A stretch of 64,000 nt of DNA, taken from NCBI GenBank assembly GCA_947169405.1, contig CAMVPS010000003.1, positions 23,064-87,063 of the forward strand. The letters are read 5' to 3'. Shown piece after piece: positions 40,255 through 49,540 of this stretch. The first letter of the stretch is position 1. Every line of letters starts with the position of its first letter. The position numbers and the translations under genes are program-made. The notes under the pieces were generated by a model that did no database searches, was not told the origin of the DNA, and worked only from the letters and a program-made list of their open reading frames with translations. The DNA is from an uncultured Bacteroidales bacterium (GTDB lineage: Bacteria; Bacteroidota; Bacteroidia; Bacteroidales; UBA932).

Positions 40255-40701
40255 ATGAATAAACTCAAGCTTTTCCTTCTTGCGGCGCTGGCCCTGCTGG
40301 GCACGGGCGCCCTTGCCCAAACTCCGCTCTCGGAAGCGACCGCACCCGGAAACAAAGTCTATTTCGAGATCATCAATGACACCGAGCACCCCATCCCGGA
40401 AGACGAGGTCGAGGATGTGACGCGGGAACTCATCAACGCCGGCTCCTGGAAACAAGTCTCCGAGCCGGAGGATGCCGATTTCATCATGCAGGTCATGGCC
40501 AAGAAGCGGGTCGTCTTCAACAGCCCCCGCACCTGGCTGACGCCGTCCATCCTGGACCTGAACGGCCATGTGCTCTGGGAGGCGAAAACCCAGCAGGCCG
40601 ACGCCACGATGTTCAACGGCTTCAAGGCTACGAACACCTGCATCAAGAAAGTGATCGAAAAAAGCTTCCAGGACGACCTTTTCAAAAAGGCGGGAAGGTA
40701 A
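40255..40701 (+). CDS. Hypothetical secreted protein
   Basis: Signal peptide MNKLKLFLLAALALLGTGALA; host-like codon usage. Confidence 0.7.
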   Translation: MNKLKLFLLAALALLGTGALAQTPLSEATAPGNKVYFEIINDTEHPIPEDEVEDVTRELINAGSWKQVSEPEDADFIMQVMAKKRVVFNSPRTWLTPSILDLNGHVLWEAKTQQADATMFNGFKATNTCIKKVIEKSFQDDLFKKAGR

Positions 40702-40739
40702 TGGGCCATCGGGGCTTCAAGCCCCAGGCGCCAACTGCG

Positions 40740-40777
40740 GGTAACGTCCCTGTTTCGGGGACGTTACCTTCTTTTTT
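40740..40777 (+). terminator. Intrinsic terminator
   Basis: ggtaacgtccc / gggacgttacc stem followed by ttcttttttg. Confidence 0.75.
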
Positions 40778-40841
40778 GCCCGCCCATTTGATGTTGAGTT
40801 GAAAGGGAAATGGCTCGCTATTTGAGAGGAAGTGGGCGATT

Positions 40842-41573
40842 ATGAAGAAGAAACTGGTTATTATTAGTGTACTGCTGGCCCTGTGCGGGAATGCTTTCGC
40901 GCAGACGAGGGACATCGGCCTGCAGGTCGGGCTCAATGTCCCGATGTCCGACAAGAGCATGATCGGAAGCGATATGATGCTCGGCGTCAGCTATGGACAG
41001 TTCCATTACAACGGCCTCGGCTTCCGGGCCGGGGTCCAGTATGCCGCCAGCACGGCGGACATCAATGACGTTTTCGGCGTTCCGGTCGCGTTCGCGTACC
41101 GGACCAAGTCGAAATCGGCCCGGGAGCGGTTCGAGACGGGCGCCACCGGGGCCCGGGATGCCGTGCTTTACCGGCATCCCTATGGCAGCGGTAATGCGGC
41201 GGGCTTTCTCGGCGGATTCCTGGTCAATTTGTTCAGCGACATGGAGTTCTTCGCCGGTATGACCCCCGGATACATTGCCGGTGCCTCGGAGACGCCCGGA
41301 AGGATATCCTGGGGTGCTTCAAGGCCGTATTGGGAAGACACCTGGGTGGAGAAGAAAAACGCCTTCTCGCTGACCCTGGACGCCGGCATGACCCTCAATT
41401 ACAGCATCTGGCGCTTCGACCTCAAATTGACCCTTGCCTTCCACTACAACCTCACGAACAACTACCTTTATCATGTGGACTCCGGCGAAAACGGTCCCGA
41501 AGTCCTGAAATCGACCACGACCCCGCTCCGCTGGTTCTTCACCTTGAACGGCGGGCTGTCGTTCCGGTTCTGA
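40842..41573 (+). CDS. Outer-membrane beta-barrel protein
   Basis: Signal peptide, amphipathic strands, C-terminal GLSFRF. Confidence 0.7.
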   Translation: MKKKLVIISVLLALCGNAFAQTRDIGLQVGLNVPMSDKSMIGSDMMLGVSYGQFHYNGLGFRAGVQYAASTADINDVFGVPVAFAYRTKSKSARERFETGATGARDAVLYRHPYGSGNAAGFLGGFLVNLFSDMEFFAGMTPGYIAGASETPGRISWGASRPYWEDTWVEKKNAFSLTLDAGMTLNYSIWRFDLKLTLAFHYNLTNNYLYHVDSGENGPEVLKSTTTPLRWFFTLNGGLSFRF

Positions 41574-41686
41574 GTCATCAGGCGCCGACGGCGCAAGGCA
41601 ATCATCTTTTCCGAAATCTGCGGGGTATTTGTTCAAGTTTCTCCTGATTTGGCAGTTTTTGCAGTATTCGTTGATGACCATGGACG

Positions 41687-41932
41687 CTAGACTATTGGCA
41701 GAAACGCACAGATCCTATCCTCTCTGATGACCTTTGGCGCTGCTTTCCCGGCCAGCACCAGCACTTTCTTCCCATTTCGGTAGATGTGAAGCTGTCGCGA
41801 GCGCACAACGGCGGTCAGCTCGGGATCCTCCAGGACGGCTGTCCATAGAGGATGATAGGCTCCCTCTTTTTCAAAGAGCTTCCTCTGAAGATGGGAGCAC
41901 ATATTTGCGGTATCGATCGATTCCATATCCAT
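41687..41932 (-). CDS. Small hypothetical protein (about 81 aa)
   Basis: The 3' part of the listed ORF reads as a plausible folded domain (LWTAVLEDPEL..VVRSRQLHIYRNGKKVL). The start is uncertain. Confidence 0.5.
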   Translation of the reverse strand: MDMESIDTANMCSHLQRKLFEKEGAYHPLWTAVLEDPELTAVVRSRQLHIYRNGKKVLVLAGKAAPKVIREDRICAFLPIV

Positions 41933-42441
41933 TGTATCGGCGCGAAGATAGGCATATTTCGGCATGTCTCCAAGCCGGGAGTTCCATCCTCGGTCCTTTC
42001 CGCCAAACAGCCGCACAGGAAAGTGCCGTGTGTGCGCTATGTCGATGGTCGCGGTGCGCCATTGCCCGATATCGGCCCTTGGCGCACGAGGTGGGGAGTT
42101 CTGTATGTCCATAGGGGGTGCCGATGTGCGGCTGGTTGGCGAAAGGACACCGTTGAGTTGAACTTGCCGTCCGGCGTGTTGAATGGAAGCTGTTGACAGA
42201 CAGTTAGTTGCAAGAAAGTGACTGGTCAAATTGGAGCGGACAAAAATGCGTAATTTTCTGTATGTCAGTGACTTGTATTCGACGAGTAAATTGGGCAAGC
42301 AGAGGAGAGGCCGATGTGTAGGAGTATGCGCCGGGTTCCAGGTGCACTTTGCGGAAGCCTTTGAGTGCCTGAGAATCGAAAGCATCACGTCCGACTGAAC
42401 CTGGTGTCAGCGAGGACGTGATATAATCCTGCCGGGGAGGT

Positions 42442-44307
42442 TTACCGCTGTTCGCCGTCGACCGAAGAAATACGGTGGGTAGCGGTTTCGTCATTGTATC
42501 CCGAATGGACTTCGACATTCCGGTAGATCCAGGAGCTCAGTTTGGCTCCGGAATCCCCGTCGACGATATCCCAGGTCACGTCGTAGATGCCGACGGGCAG
42601 GCCGACGCGGGCCTCTTCGCCCTTGCCGTATGAAGTCGTGAGCTCCATCACAGGAGCTCCGCCTTCCTTGCCATGCTCATAGAACGTCACGTGCGCCATT
42701 TCATTGTTGGCAGCGTTGCGGAGCCGGATGAAACCCCAGGGGGTTCGGTTGGGACGTTCCAGCGCCCAAGTGTGGTCCGGGATACTCACGTTGTGCTCTT
42801 TTCGGTTGCTGTCATATTCCAACGCACCACGCCAGTGATACCACGTACTGTAACGCAGGTTGATATGGGTATTCAAAACGAATTGGCGGGTGTCATTATC
42901 TTTTACGACGCTGGACGGCACGTGCCATACCCACATGGTGTGGCTGGAAAACTCGGTTCGGACCGGCGAGGGGAAATTCTGGTTGATCTTGCCCCAGTCG
43001 TCCCAGTCGTCCGTCAGTTTTACGTTTTCCGACCAATAGTGATACTTTACCACGGGAGTTGACGAATCCAGCGTATAGTTGATTGTCTCCAGCGTATAAT
43101 TGGTCGTACTGGTCCAGGTCCCGCCGAGGGAGATCCCGCGTGTGATAGTTGGTTTATCTCCGGTGATGCCGCTAGTGAATGTACCCGTCAGCGAAAAAGA
43201 GTGGCCATTGCTGTAAGACTTCGAGGTGTTCTGGTTCTCGGGAAGGGGGCGGTCGTAATACTCCAGGCCATTAAAAGGTTCTCCATTAATGTTAAGCAGG
43301 CTCGTCTCTACATCCATATCCGCGAACCAGAAACCGTAGATGCGGTTCCGGCAAGCGCCGTGTGCGCCGACATAAGGGCCCCACATGCTCTGGTTGTGCG
43401 GTGTGACCGTCGAGACTACACCATAATAATCACCGGCCTTGTCGCCGTTCGCCTGCAGCATGTAGATCGGAAAGACCCGGAATTCCACGGAGATGGAGCC
43501 GCTTTTGACCAGATAGTCCGGATCGCTCCAGGTCGCCTTGTCGATGTACGCGTTCAATGTGAAGGGGTAGTCGAAAGTCAGCCTCTGGCCGGATTGCTCG
43601 ATATTGGCCCGCAGGTCATCGTAGTCCCAACTTCCAGGATCCTTGAAAGAGCGTTCCATATAACAGTTGTCGAGCCATTCCACGAAAGGATCCATCCTGG
43701 TCTGGAAATAGTTTTCGTTGTGGGTAGCATCGTTGTCGTAATCCATCAGGGAAATACCGCCGTCATCTCCCATTTTCTTGTTCTTTCGGATCAGTTCTGC
43801 CCACTCCTTCTCACTCATGCTCGATGCTCCCGGTGCCTCCGGAGCCACCTCCGGTTCGTCATACATAACGTATAACTGCCCGGCTCCCCATCCGCAGTAG
43901 CAGGTGATAAGCGGAGCCAGGTCTTTGGGGGCATCTGAAACGGAGAAGAGCCCGTTTTTGATCCAAGGCACGCTCAAGGTCGAGGGGACGATGACGAACG
44001 CTCCGTTTTCGGCAGCCTGCGCGAGCCTGTCGGTATTGGCGGCAAGGTCGCTTGCGCCGACGATAATGACGTTGGCCGCATCCATGGAGACCTGTTTGGG
44101 GAAACGCTGACGAATCACGGCCTGCAGATCCTTCGGAAAGGCGCTGATGTCACCGATGTAGGCAGGTTGCTTGCTCGTGTTCCACTGCTTGTATTGGTTT
44201 ACCACGATATTGTTACCTTCCCTGATCGTTCCAGGGAGCTCTTTTTCGCAGGATTCAAACAGGGGCAGAAGGACAATAAGTCCCAGAATCCAAATGCTTC
44301 GTTTCAT
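42442..44307 (-). CDS. Lipoprotein with a leukocidin/haemolysin-like beta-pore-forming segment
   Basis: FESC lipobox; PENQNTSKSYSNGHSFSLTGTF...GISLGGTWTSTTNYT resembles the leukocidin pre-stem; lower GC than the core genes. Confidence 0.55.
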   Translation of the reverse strand: MKRSIWILGLIVLLPLFESCEKELPGTIREGNNIVVNQYKQWNTSKQPAYIGDISAFPKDLQAVIRQRFPKQVSMDAANVIIVGASDLAANTDRLAQAAENGAFVIVPSTLSVPWIKNGLFSVSDAPKDLAPLITCYCGWGAGQLYVMYDEPEVAPEAPGASSMSEKEWAELIRKNKKMGDDGGISLMDYDNDATHNENYFQTRMDPFVEWLDNCYMERSFKDPGSWDYDDLRANIEQSGQRLTFDYPFTLNAYIDKATWSDPDYLVKSGSISVEFRVFPIYMLQANGDKAGDYYGVVSTVTPHNQSMWGPYVGAHGACRNRIYGFWFADMDVETSLLNINGEPFNGLEYYDRPLPENQNTSKSYSNGHSFSLTGTFTSGITGDKPTITRGISLGGTWTSTTNYTLETINYTLDSSTPVVKYHYWSENVKLTDDWDDWGKINQNFPSPVRTEFSSHTMWVWHVPSSVVKDNDTRQFVLNTHINLRYSTWYHWRGALEYDSNRKEHNVSIPDHTWALERPNRTPWGFIRLRNAANNEMAHVTFYEHGKEGGAPVMELTTSYGKGEEARVGLPVGIYDVTWDIVDGDSGAKLSSWIYRNVEVHSGYNDETATHRISSVDGEQR

Positions 44308-44399
44308 GGTCTTACTGATTCATCAAAGTGTTTAGCATATAAAAATACGCATTATTTCGGAGAAAAATCGAAATCAATCGTTCGTTTCGTATTGGTGCG

Positions 44400-44495
44400 A
44401 TGAAAATGACCTTCACCGGTCACGAAGACAACGATTCCCTGAAACCCTATATCGCCATCACGGACAAGACCAGGAAGAATCTGAGGACGAGATTC
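44400..44495 (+). pseudogene. C-terminal remnant of a tyrosine integrase
   Basis: MTFTGHEDNDSLKPYIAITDKTR matches the TGH...KPYI box II pattern of Bacteroidales integrases; it lies next to the tRNA 3' end. Confidence 0.55.
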
Positions 44496-44542
44496 CGCGG
44501 CGCTGCGCTTGCGGCATCTCGGGGCCGCCCGCGGGGGTCCTT

Positions 44543-44691
44543 GCAACCTTTTGGGACCCTGCAGCCGTCGGTCCTTCGGACCTCTTGTCTGTTTTCGTCG
44601 TCCGTCGTCCGGTGAGCGAGCTCCCCGTCCGCCGGACAACAAAAACAGCCAGCTGCTTGCGCAGCCGGCTGCAGGGCCCCAAAAGGGTTGC
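44543..44691. repeat. Long branched fold-back abutting the tRNA-Ser 3' end
   Basis: gcaaccttttgggaccctgcagccg / cggctgcagggccccaaaagggttgc outer stem; ctgttttcgtcgtccg / cggacaacaaaaacag inner stem. Confidence 0.75.
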
Positions 44692-44779
44692 GGAGAGGAC
44701 GAGATTCGAACTCGTGGTACGGAATGACCCGTACGTCGGTTTAGCAAACCGGTGGTTTCAGCCACTCACCCACCTCTCC
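44691..44779 (-). tRNA. tRNA-Ser(GCT)
   Basis: GGAGAGG/CCTCTCC acceptor stem, anticodon loop TT-GCT-AA, long variable arm, GTTCGAATC T-loop; CCA not encoded; TAACTTTG promoter element at 44819-44826. Confidence 0.95.
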
Positions 44780-44854
44780 GGGAGCCATTTGGCGAAACTC
44801 CGCCACGGGGGCGGACTGCAAAGTTACGAATAATTTCCAAAAAACAAATACGCA

Positions 44855-44987
44855 AGGGCAAAAAGGTCCAAATTTGCCCATCCGTCGGGCGGTATGACTG
44901 TTCGAGGGGCACAAGACCCTTGTTTTGCCCCGCGAGGGCCGGGAAATAACAATCGAGGGGCAAAAACCAAGGTTTTCGCCCCTCGAT
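44855..44987. repeat. Three GGGC-A-rich/T-rich-GCCC hairpins
   Basis: gggcaaaaaggtccaaatttgccc; cgaggggcacaagacccttgttttgccccgcg; atcgagggggcaaaaaccaaggttttcgcccctcgat. Confidence 0.65.
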
Positions 44988-45013
44988 GAGGGTTGGATGT
45001 CGCTCCGAAAGGA

Positions 45014-46663
45014 TTACCAGGTGTAGCCGGCGAACTCGACGTCCTTCTTGGCGCGGTCGAGGAGGTCGCGGTTGGTGATGGCACCCAGGTTCTCGCGGAC
45101 GCCGGCGGCGTCACCCTTGCGGGCGGCGATGATGGCCTTCAGGTAGGTGACCTTCTGGTCCTTGCAGCTGACGGTCTTGGAGGCCTTGTCCAGCTGGCCG
45201 GTGAGGATGTAGGCGAGCACGGTGTTGTGGCAGCAGCCGTCCACGTCGGCGAGGGTCTTGGCGGCGTCCTCGTAGTCGCCGGAGAGGATCTGGACGATGC
45301 CCAGGTTCTTCTTGGCGTCGGGGGCGGAGGAGCGGCGGAAGCAGTTCGCGGCGGTGGCGAGGTCGTTCTTGCGGAGGGCGATCACGCCCATCGCGTTGAG
45401 GACGTCGGCGTCGCCGGAGTGGACCTTGGAGAGGGCCTCTTCGGCCTTGGCGAGCTTGCCTTCGTTGAGGTAGAGGGTCGCGAGGTTGAACTGGGCGCGC
45501 TCGGAACCGAACTTGCTGACGGCACGCTTGTAGATTTCTTCCTTCTGGTCGTTGTCCTTCACGAGGGTGGCGGTGCGGAGGAGGGCTTCCTCATCCAGGA
45601 CATCGGCATTGTCGTTCAGGAGCTTCAGGAGTTCCTCGGAGGTGTAGTTCTGGTACTCGACGTTGGCGATGAGACGGGCGCGGCGGAGTTCCGGGAGGAC
45701 CTCACCCTTGAGGGCGGTGAACACCTGGGACATGTTGCGGATCTCGTTCTCGCGGACGGCCGGGTCGCTGTACATCGAGAGGACGCGGAGGATGAGCTCC
45801 TTGTCTTCGATGTTGGACTCCTTCACGAGCTGCTGGAAGCCTTCCCAGTCCTCACCGAGGCTCTTGACCTGGGCGCCGGCGATGTTCTCGTGCTTCTTGC
45901 CCATTTCCTTGAGGGCCTTGTTCGCGGAGGCGGAGCGCTTGTCGGCGAGCTCGTTGTTCTTCCGCTCAGGGCCTTCCGGGGAGGCGTAGGCGAGGATTTC
46001 GGTGCCGGTGATGGTGGTGCGCTCGTCGGCGTTGATCTGGTCGATGGCGGCGAGGAAGTCCTTCACGGACTGTCCCTTGAGCTCGGAGTTGCGGACGTCG
46101 GCGCTGTTCACCAGGTACTTGATCTGGCCTTCGGCGGTGCTGGAGATGACATCCTGGTAGGCGTCGGCCTTCGGGGTCACGAAGCCGTCGCGCTTGACGA
46201 GCATATAGGTGGTGTTCACACCGTCGGCGACCTTCTTGACGGGCAGGTTCACGAACTTCTCACCCTTGCGGGCGACGCCGCGGAGCTCGAGGTGGCTCTT
46301 TTCCATGCCGGGAACATAGTCGAAATGGACGCGCTCGGTGACGGTCTGACCGTCGGAGGAGACGACCTTATAATTGTCCTTGACCTTCTCGCCCTGGTAG
46401 ACGAAAGGCTTCATCGCGGCCTCGCCGCCCTCATACACGAGGACCGGGGTCACTTCGAGGATGGCCTTGGGGTTGAAGTAGTCGGCCGGGTAGGTGACGG
46501 AGACGACGGCGTCGATGGCGTCGTTCGTGGCTTCGAGCACGCCGGGGTCGCAGGTTACCTTCACGTTTTCAGCCATCTGCGCCATCTTTTCGATGGAAGC
46601 GCAGGAGACGGCCGCGGCGAGAATCGCGGCGGCGGCCAGGATTTTGAAAGATTTCATCATCAT
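45014..46663 (-). CDS. OmpA-like/TPR lipoprotein (conserved in Bacteroidetes)
   Basis: AVSC lipobox; AYASPEG...N..LADKR OmpA-like motif; GEDWEGF; C-terminal TPRs. Confidence 0.85.
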   Translation of the reverse strand: MMMKSFKILAAAAILAAAVSCASIEKMAQMAENVKVTCDPGVLEATNDAIDAVVSVTYPADYFNPKAILEVTPVLVYEGGEAAMKPFVYQGEKVKDNYKVVSSDGQTVTERVHFDYVPGMEKSHLELRGVARKGEKFVNLPVKKVADGVNTTYMLVKRDGFVTPKADAYQDVISSTAEGQIKYLVNSADVRNSELKGQSVKDFLAAIDQINADERTTITGTEILAYASPEGPERKNNELADKRSASANKALKEMGKKHENIAGAQVKSLGEDWEGFQQLVKESNIEDKELILRVLSMYSDPAVRENEIRNMSQVFTALKGEVLPELRRARLIANVEYQNYTSEELLKLLNDNADVLDEEALLRTATLVKDNDQKEEIYKRAVSKFGSERAQFNLATLYLNEGKLAKAEEALSKVHSGDADVLNAMGVIALRKNDLATAANCFRRSSAPDAKKNLGIVQILSGDYEDAAKTLADVDGCCHNTVLAYILTGQLDKASKTVSCKDQKVTYLKAIIAARKGDAAGVRENLGAITNRDLLDRAKKDVEFAGYTW

Positions 46664-46704
46664 TATGAGTAATAATAGTTATCGTCAACCAGTTGTCTAA
46701 TTCG

Positions 46705-46732
46705 CAAATATAGCATTTTTTTCGTAATTTTG
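46705..46732. promoter_or_regulatory. Back-to-back Bacteroidetes -7 elements
   Basis: TATATTTG on the minus strand (46705-46712) and TAATTTTG on the plus strand (46725-46732), between divergent genes. Confidence 0.6.
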
Positions 46733-46739
46733 CAGAACT

Positions 46740-47969
46740 ATGGACTTACAGGCACTGAAAAACAAATATGACATCATCGGCAACGATCCGGCCCTGAACC
46801 AGGCGCTGGAGACGGCGGTGAAGTTCGCGCCCACCGACCTGAGCGTCGTGATCCTGGGCGAAAGCGGTGTCGGCAAGGAAAACTTCGCAAGGATCATCCA
46901 CCAGTATTCGGCCCGCCGGAACAACAACTTTTTCGTGGTGAACTGCGGCGCCCTCGCCAAGGAACTCGTGAACTCCGAGCTCTTCGGCCACGTCAAGGGC
47001 TCCTTCACCGGGTCCACGGAAACCCGCAAGGGCTATTTCGAGGACGCCAACGGCGGCACGCTCTTCCTGGACGAGATCGCCGAGCTCCCGCTGGAGTCGC
47101 AGGCGCTCCTGCTCCGCGTGCTCCAGTCCGGCGAGTACCGCAAGGTGGGATCCAACAAGATCGAGCATACCGATGTCCGCATCGTCGCGGCCACGAACAT
47201 CGACCTCTACGAGGCTGTCCGGCGCGGCAAGTTCCGCGAGGACCTGTATTTCCGCCTGAGCGCGGCGCAGGTCCGCATCCCTGCCCTCCGGGACCGTCAC
47301 GAAGACATCTACCTGCTGTTCCGCAAGTTCACCTCCGACTTTTCGGAGACGAGCGGAATGTGCAAGATCTCCCTCCGGCCGGATGCGATCCGGCTGCTGT
47401 GCTCCTACCGCTGGCCGGGCAACGTCCGCCAGCTGATGGGCTTCACCCAGGCCCTCACGGCCCAGGTCTCCCGGAAAGTCACCCCCACCCTCCAGCGCAT
47501 CGAGCTGACGGCGGCGGAACTCGCGCCGTTCATGCCGATGGAGCAGGGCGAGCCCATCCCGGTGGTCTTCTCCGGGGCGCAAAGCGGCCCGCAGGGCGGC
47601 GCCGGCGCCCCCGCGATGGACCTCCAGCCCATCGTCAAGGCCATCTTCGATCTGAACCAGCGCATCGACGACCTGGAGGCGCGGGTGGACCGCCGCTCGC
47701 TGCCGGCCCCGGCCGCCGCGCCCCGCGCGGAGGAGGCCGAGTGGCAGGGACAGGACTTCGCGGCCCCTTCCGGCCGCGTGGTCGAGTCCGTGGCCGACGA
47801 GCAGCCCCAGCAGGAGCCCGCGACCCTCTCCGTGAAAGAGCAGCAGGCCGAACTCATCCGCAAGGCCCTCGAAAAGCACGGCGGCAACCGCAAGCTCGCG
47901 GCCGAGGAGCTCGGCATGTCCGAGCGCACCCTCTATCGCAAGCTCCCGCCCGAATACCGCAAGAAATGA
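46740..47969 (+). CDS. Sigma-54-interaction AAA+ transcriptional regulator with Fis HTH
   Basis: GESGVGKE, SELFGHVKGSFTG, LFLDEI, FREDLYFRL, WPGNVRQL, AAEELGMSERTLYRK. Confidence 0.92.
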   Translation: MDLQALKNKYDIIGNDPALNQALETAVKFAPTDLSVVILGESGVGKENFARIIHQYSARRNNNFFVVNCGALAKELVNSELFGHVKGSFTGSTETRKGYFEDANGGTLFLDEIAELPLESQALLLRVLQSGEYRKVGSNKIEHTDVRIVAATNIDLYEAVRRGKFREDLYFRLSAAQVRIPALRDRHEDIYLLFRKFTSDFSETSGMCKISLRPDAIRLLCSYRWPGNVRQLMGFTQALTAQVSRKVTPTLQRIELTAAELAPFMPMEQGEPIPVVFSGAQSGPQGGAGAPAMDLQPIVKAIFDLNQRIDDLEARVDRRSLPAPAAAPRAEEAEWQGQDFAAPSGRVVESVADEQPQQEPATLSVKEQQAELIRKALEKHGGNRKLAAEELGMSERTLYRKLPPEYRKK

Positions 47970-48463
47970 AGAAATTCCTCCTGCTCATCCTCCTCGCCGC
48001 CGCGGCCGTCTCGTGTGGGATCTATTCCTTCACGGGCACGAACATCCAGTCCGACGTGAAGACGATCACCATCCCCTTCGTGGAGTACAAGGCCCTCCGG
48101 GTGAACCCGTCCCTGTCCAACGACCTGACGGAGGCCCTGCAGGACAAGTTCCGCAAGCTCACCTCCCTGGAGCAGGTGGACCAGGACGGCGACCTGGAAC
48201 TCGTCTGCGAGGTGACGGGCTACGACGTCAAGGCCACGGCCATCACCGCGGGCGAAGTCGCCGCGAAGAACCGCCTCACTGTCACGGTGAAGATCGAATT
48301 CACGAACCGGAAGTACCCGGAGGACGACGTGAGCCAGTCCTTCTCCGGCTACGAGGACTTTGACGCCACCCAATCCCTCGACGCCGTGGAAGGCACCCTG
48401 TGCGAGACCATCATCGAGAAGATCGTCGAGGACATTTTCAACGCAACCGTCGCGCAATGGTAA
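47966..48463 (+). CDS. lptE: LPS assembly lipoprotein LptE
   Basis: AVSC lipobox, YSFTG, NRLTVTVKIEFTN, IFNATVAQW; conserved position upstream of secG. Confidence 0.8.
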   Translation: MKKFLLLILLAAAAVSCGIYSFTGTNIQSDVKTITIPFVEYKALRVNPSLSNDLTEALQDKFRKLTSLEQVDQDGDLELVCEVTGYDVKATAITAGEVAAKNRLTVTVKIEFTNRKYPEDDVSQSFSGYEDFDATQSLDAVEGTLCETIIEKIVEDIFNATVAQW

Positions 48464-49056
48464 ACGGAACTGACTGCATCGACCTGGGCTCCCTGACGAT
48501 GGACGAACTCGCCGGGGTGGTCCACCTGTACCCTTGGTTCGCCTCGGCCCGGAAGGAGCTGTGCTCCCGGATGTCCCGCCTGGGCGGCGACGACTGGGGC
48601 GTGGAACAGTACGCCGAGGAGGCCCTCTACATCGGCGACCGCCGCAAGGTGGCGGCCCTCCTGCGCGCCGGGAACAAGGCCCGCTATGCCGACAAGGACG
48701 TGGAGCGCATCCTCCGCTCATACATCGCCCCGGCCCCGGAGGCCGAAGCCGCCGGCGAGCCCGGGCGCGAGGTCCATATGGTGGGCGGGGACTATTTCTC
48801 CAAGGCCCAGTACCAGGGCGTGGGCCGCACGGACGACAACATCTTCACCCGGTTCGCGGTGAAGATCAAGTCCGACGGCGCCAAGGACGAGAAGACCGGC
48901 TCGGACATCGCGGACCGCTACGCGACCGCGACCCTCGCCGAAATCTTTGCTGAACAGGGCTGTGTGGAGGAGGCAAGACGCATTTATTCCCGTCTGATTT
49001 TGGAAAATCCGGAAAAAAGTGCTTACTTTGCAGCCCTTATCGACAAATTGAATTAA
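48457..49056 (+). CDS. Conserved Bacteroidetes protein with C-terminal TPR-like helix pair
   Basis: YPWF; TATLAEIFAEQG..EEA..IY..L.LENPEKSAYFA. Confidence 0.75.
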   Translation: MVNGTDCIDLGSLTMDELAGVVHLYPWFASARKELCSRMSRLGGDDWGVEQYAEEALYIGDRRKVAALLRAGNKARYADKDVERILRSYIAPAPEAEAAGEPGREVHMVGGDYFSKAQYQGVGRTDDNIFTRFAVKIKSDGAKDEKTGSDIADRYATATLAEIFAEQGCVEEARRIYSRLILENPEKSAYFAALIDKLN

Positions 49057-49069
49057 AAGTAGTATAGAT

Positions 49070-49420
49070 ATGAACGTCGCATTCACCATCCTGGTCGTCC
49101 TGATTGTCCTCGCGGCCATCCTGCTGATCGTGGTCGTCCTCCTGCAGAACGGCAAGGACGGCGGCCTCGCCACCAACTTCACTTCCGCGAACCAGGCCCT
49201 CGGCGTCCGCCAGACGGCCACCATCCTCGAGAAGGCCACCTGGTACCTCATCGCCTTCATCCTGGTCCTCGCCATCGCCAGCACGCTGGTCATCAGCCGC
49301 GGCACCGGCAAGAGCGCGAGCGAAGCCGTGAGCTCCGAGATTCTCAACCAGTCCGCCCCGGCCTCCGAGACCCCGGCTTTCCCGGTGGAGATCCCCCAGG
49401 CCGATCCTACCCAGGAGTAA
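49070..49420 (+). CDS. secG: Preprotein translocase subunit SecG
   Basis: Two TM helices, VLLQNGKDGGL, LEKATW. Confidence 0.92.
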   Translation: MNVAFTILVVLIVLAAILLIVVVLLQNGKDGGLATNFTSANQALGVRQTATILEKATWYLIAFILVLAIASTLVISRGTGKSASEAVSSEILNQSAPASETPAFPVEIPQADPTQE

Positions 49421-49428
49421 TGTGAAGG

Positions 49429-49443
49429 CTGACAATTTGTCAG
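49429..49443. promoter_or_regulatory. Perfect palindrome CTGACAA-T-TTGTCAG upstream of clpB (candidate operator)
   Basis: Seen directly; lies about 100 nt before the clpB start. Confidence 0.5.
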
Positions 49444-49540
49444 TCATCCCTTAAAGGAATAGCGTTTGAAGATAGCCGTTTGCCCGGTCGGGCGGACGGC
49501 TATTCCTGCATACCCGCCGGGCGAAAAGGAGACAACAACT

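Noticed and set aside
41933-42441. Upstream extension of the 233-aa ORF and overlapping small ORFs
   Set aside because: The translation looks non-protein-like in all frames; treated as non-coding islet DNA.
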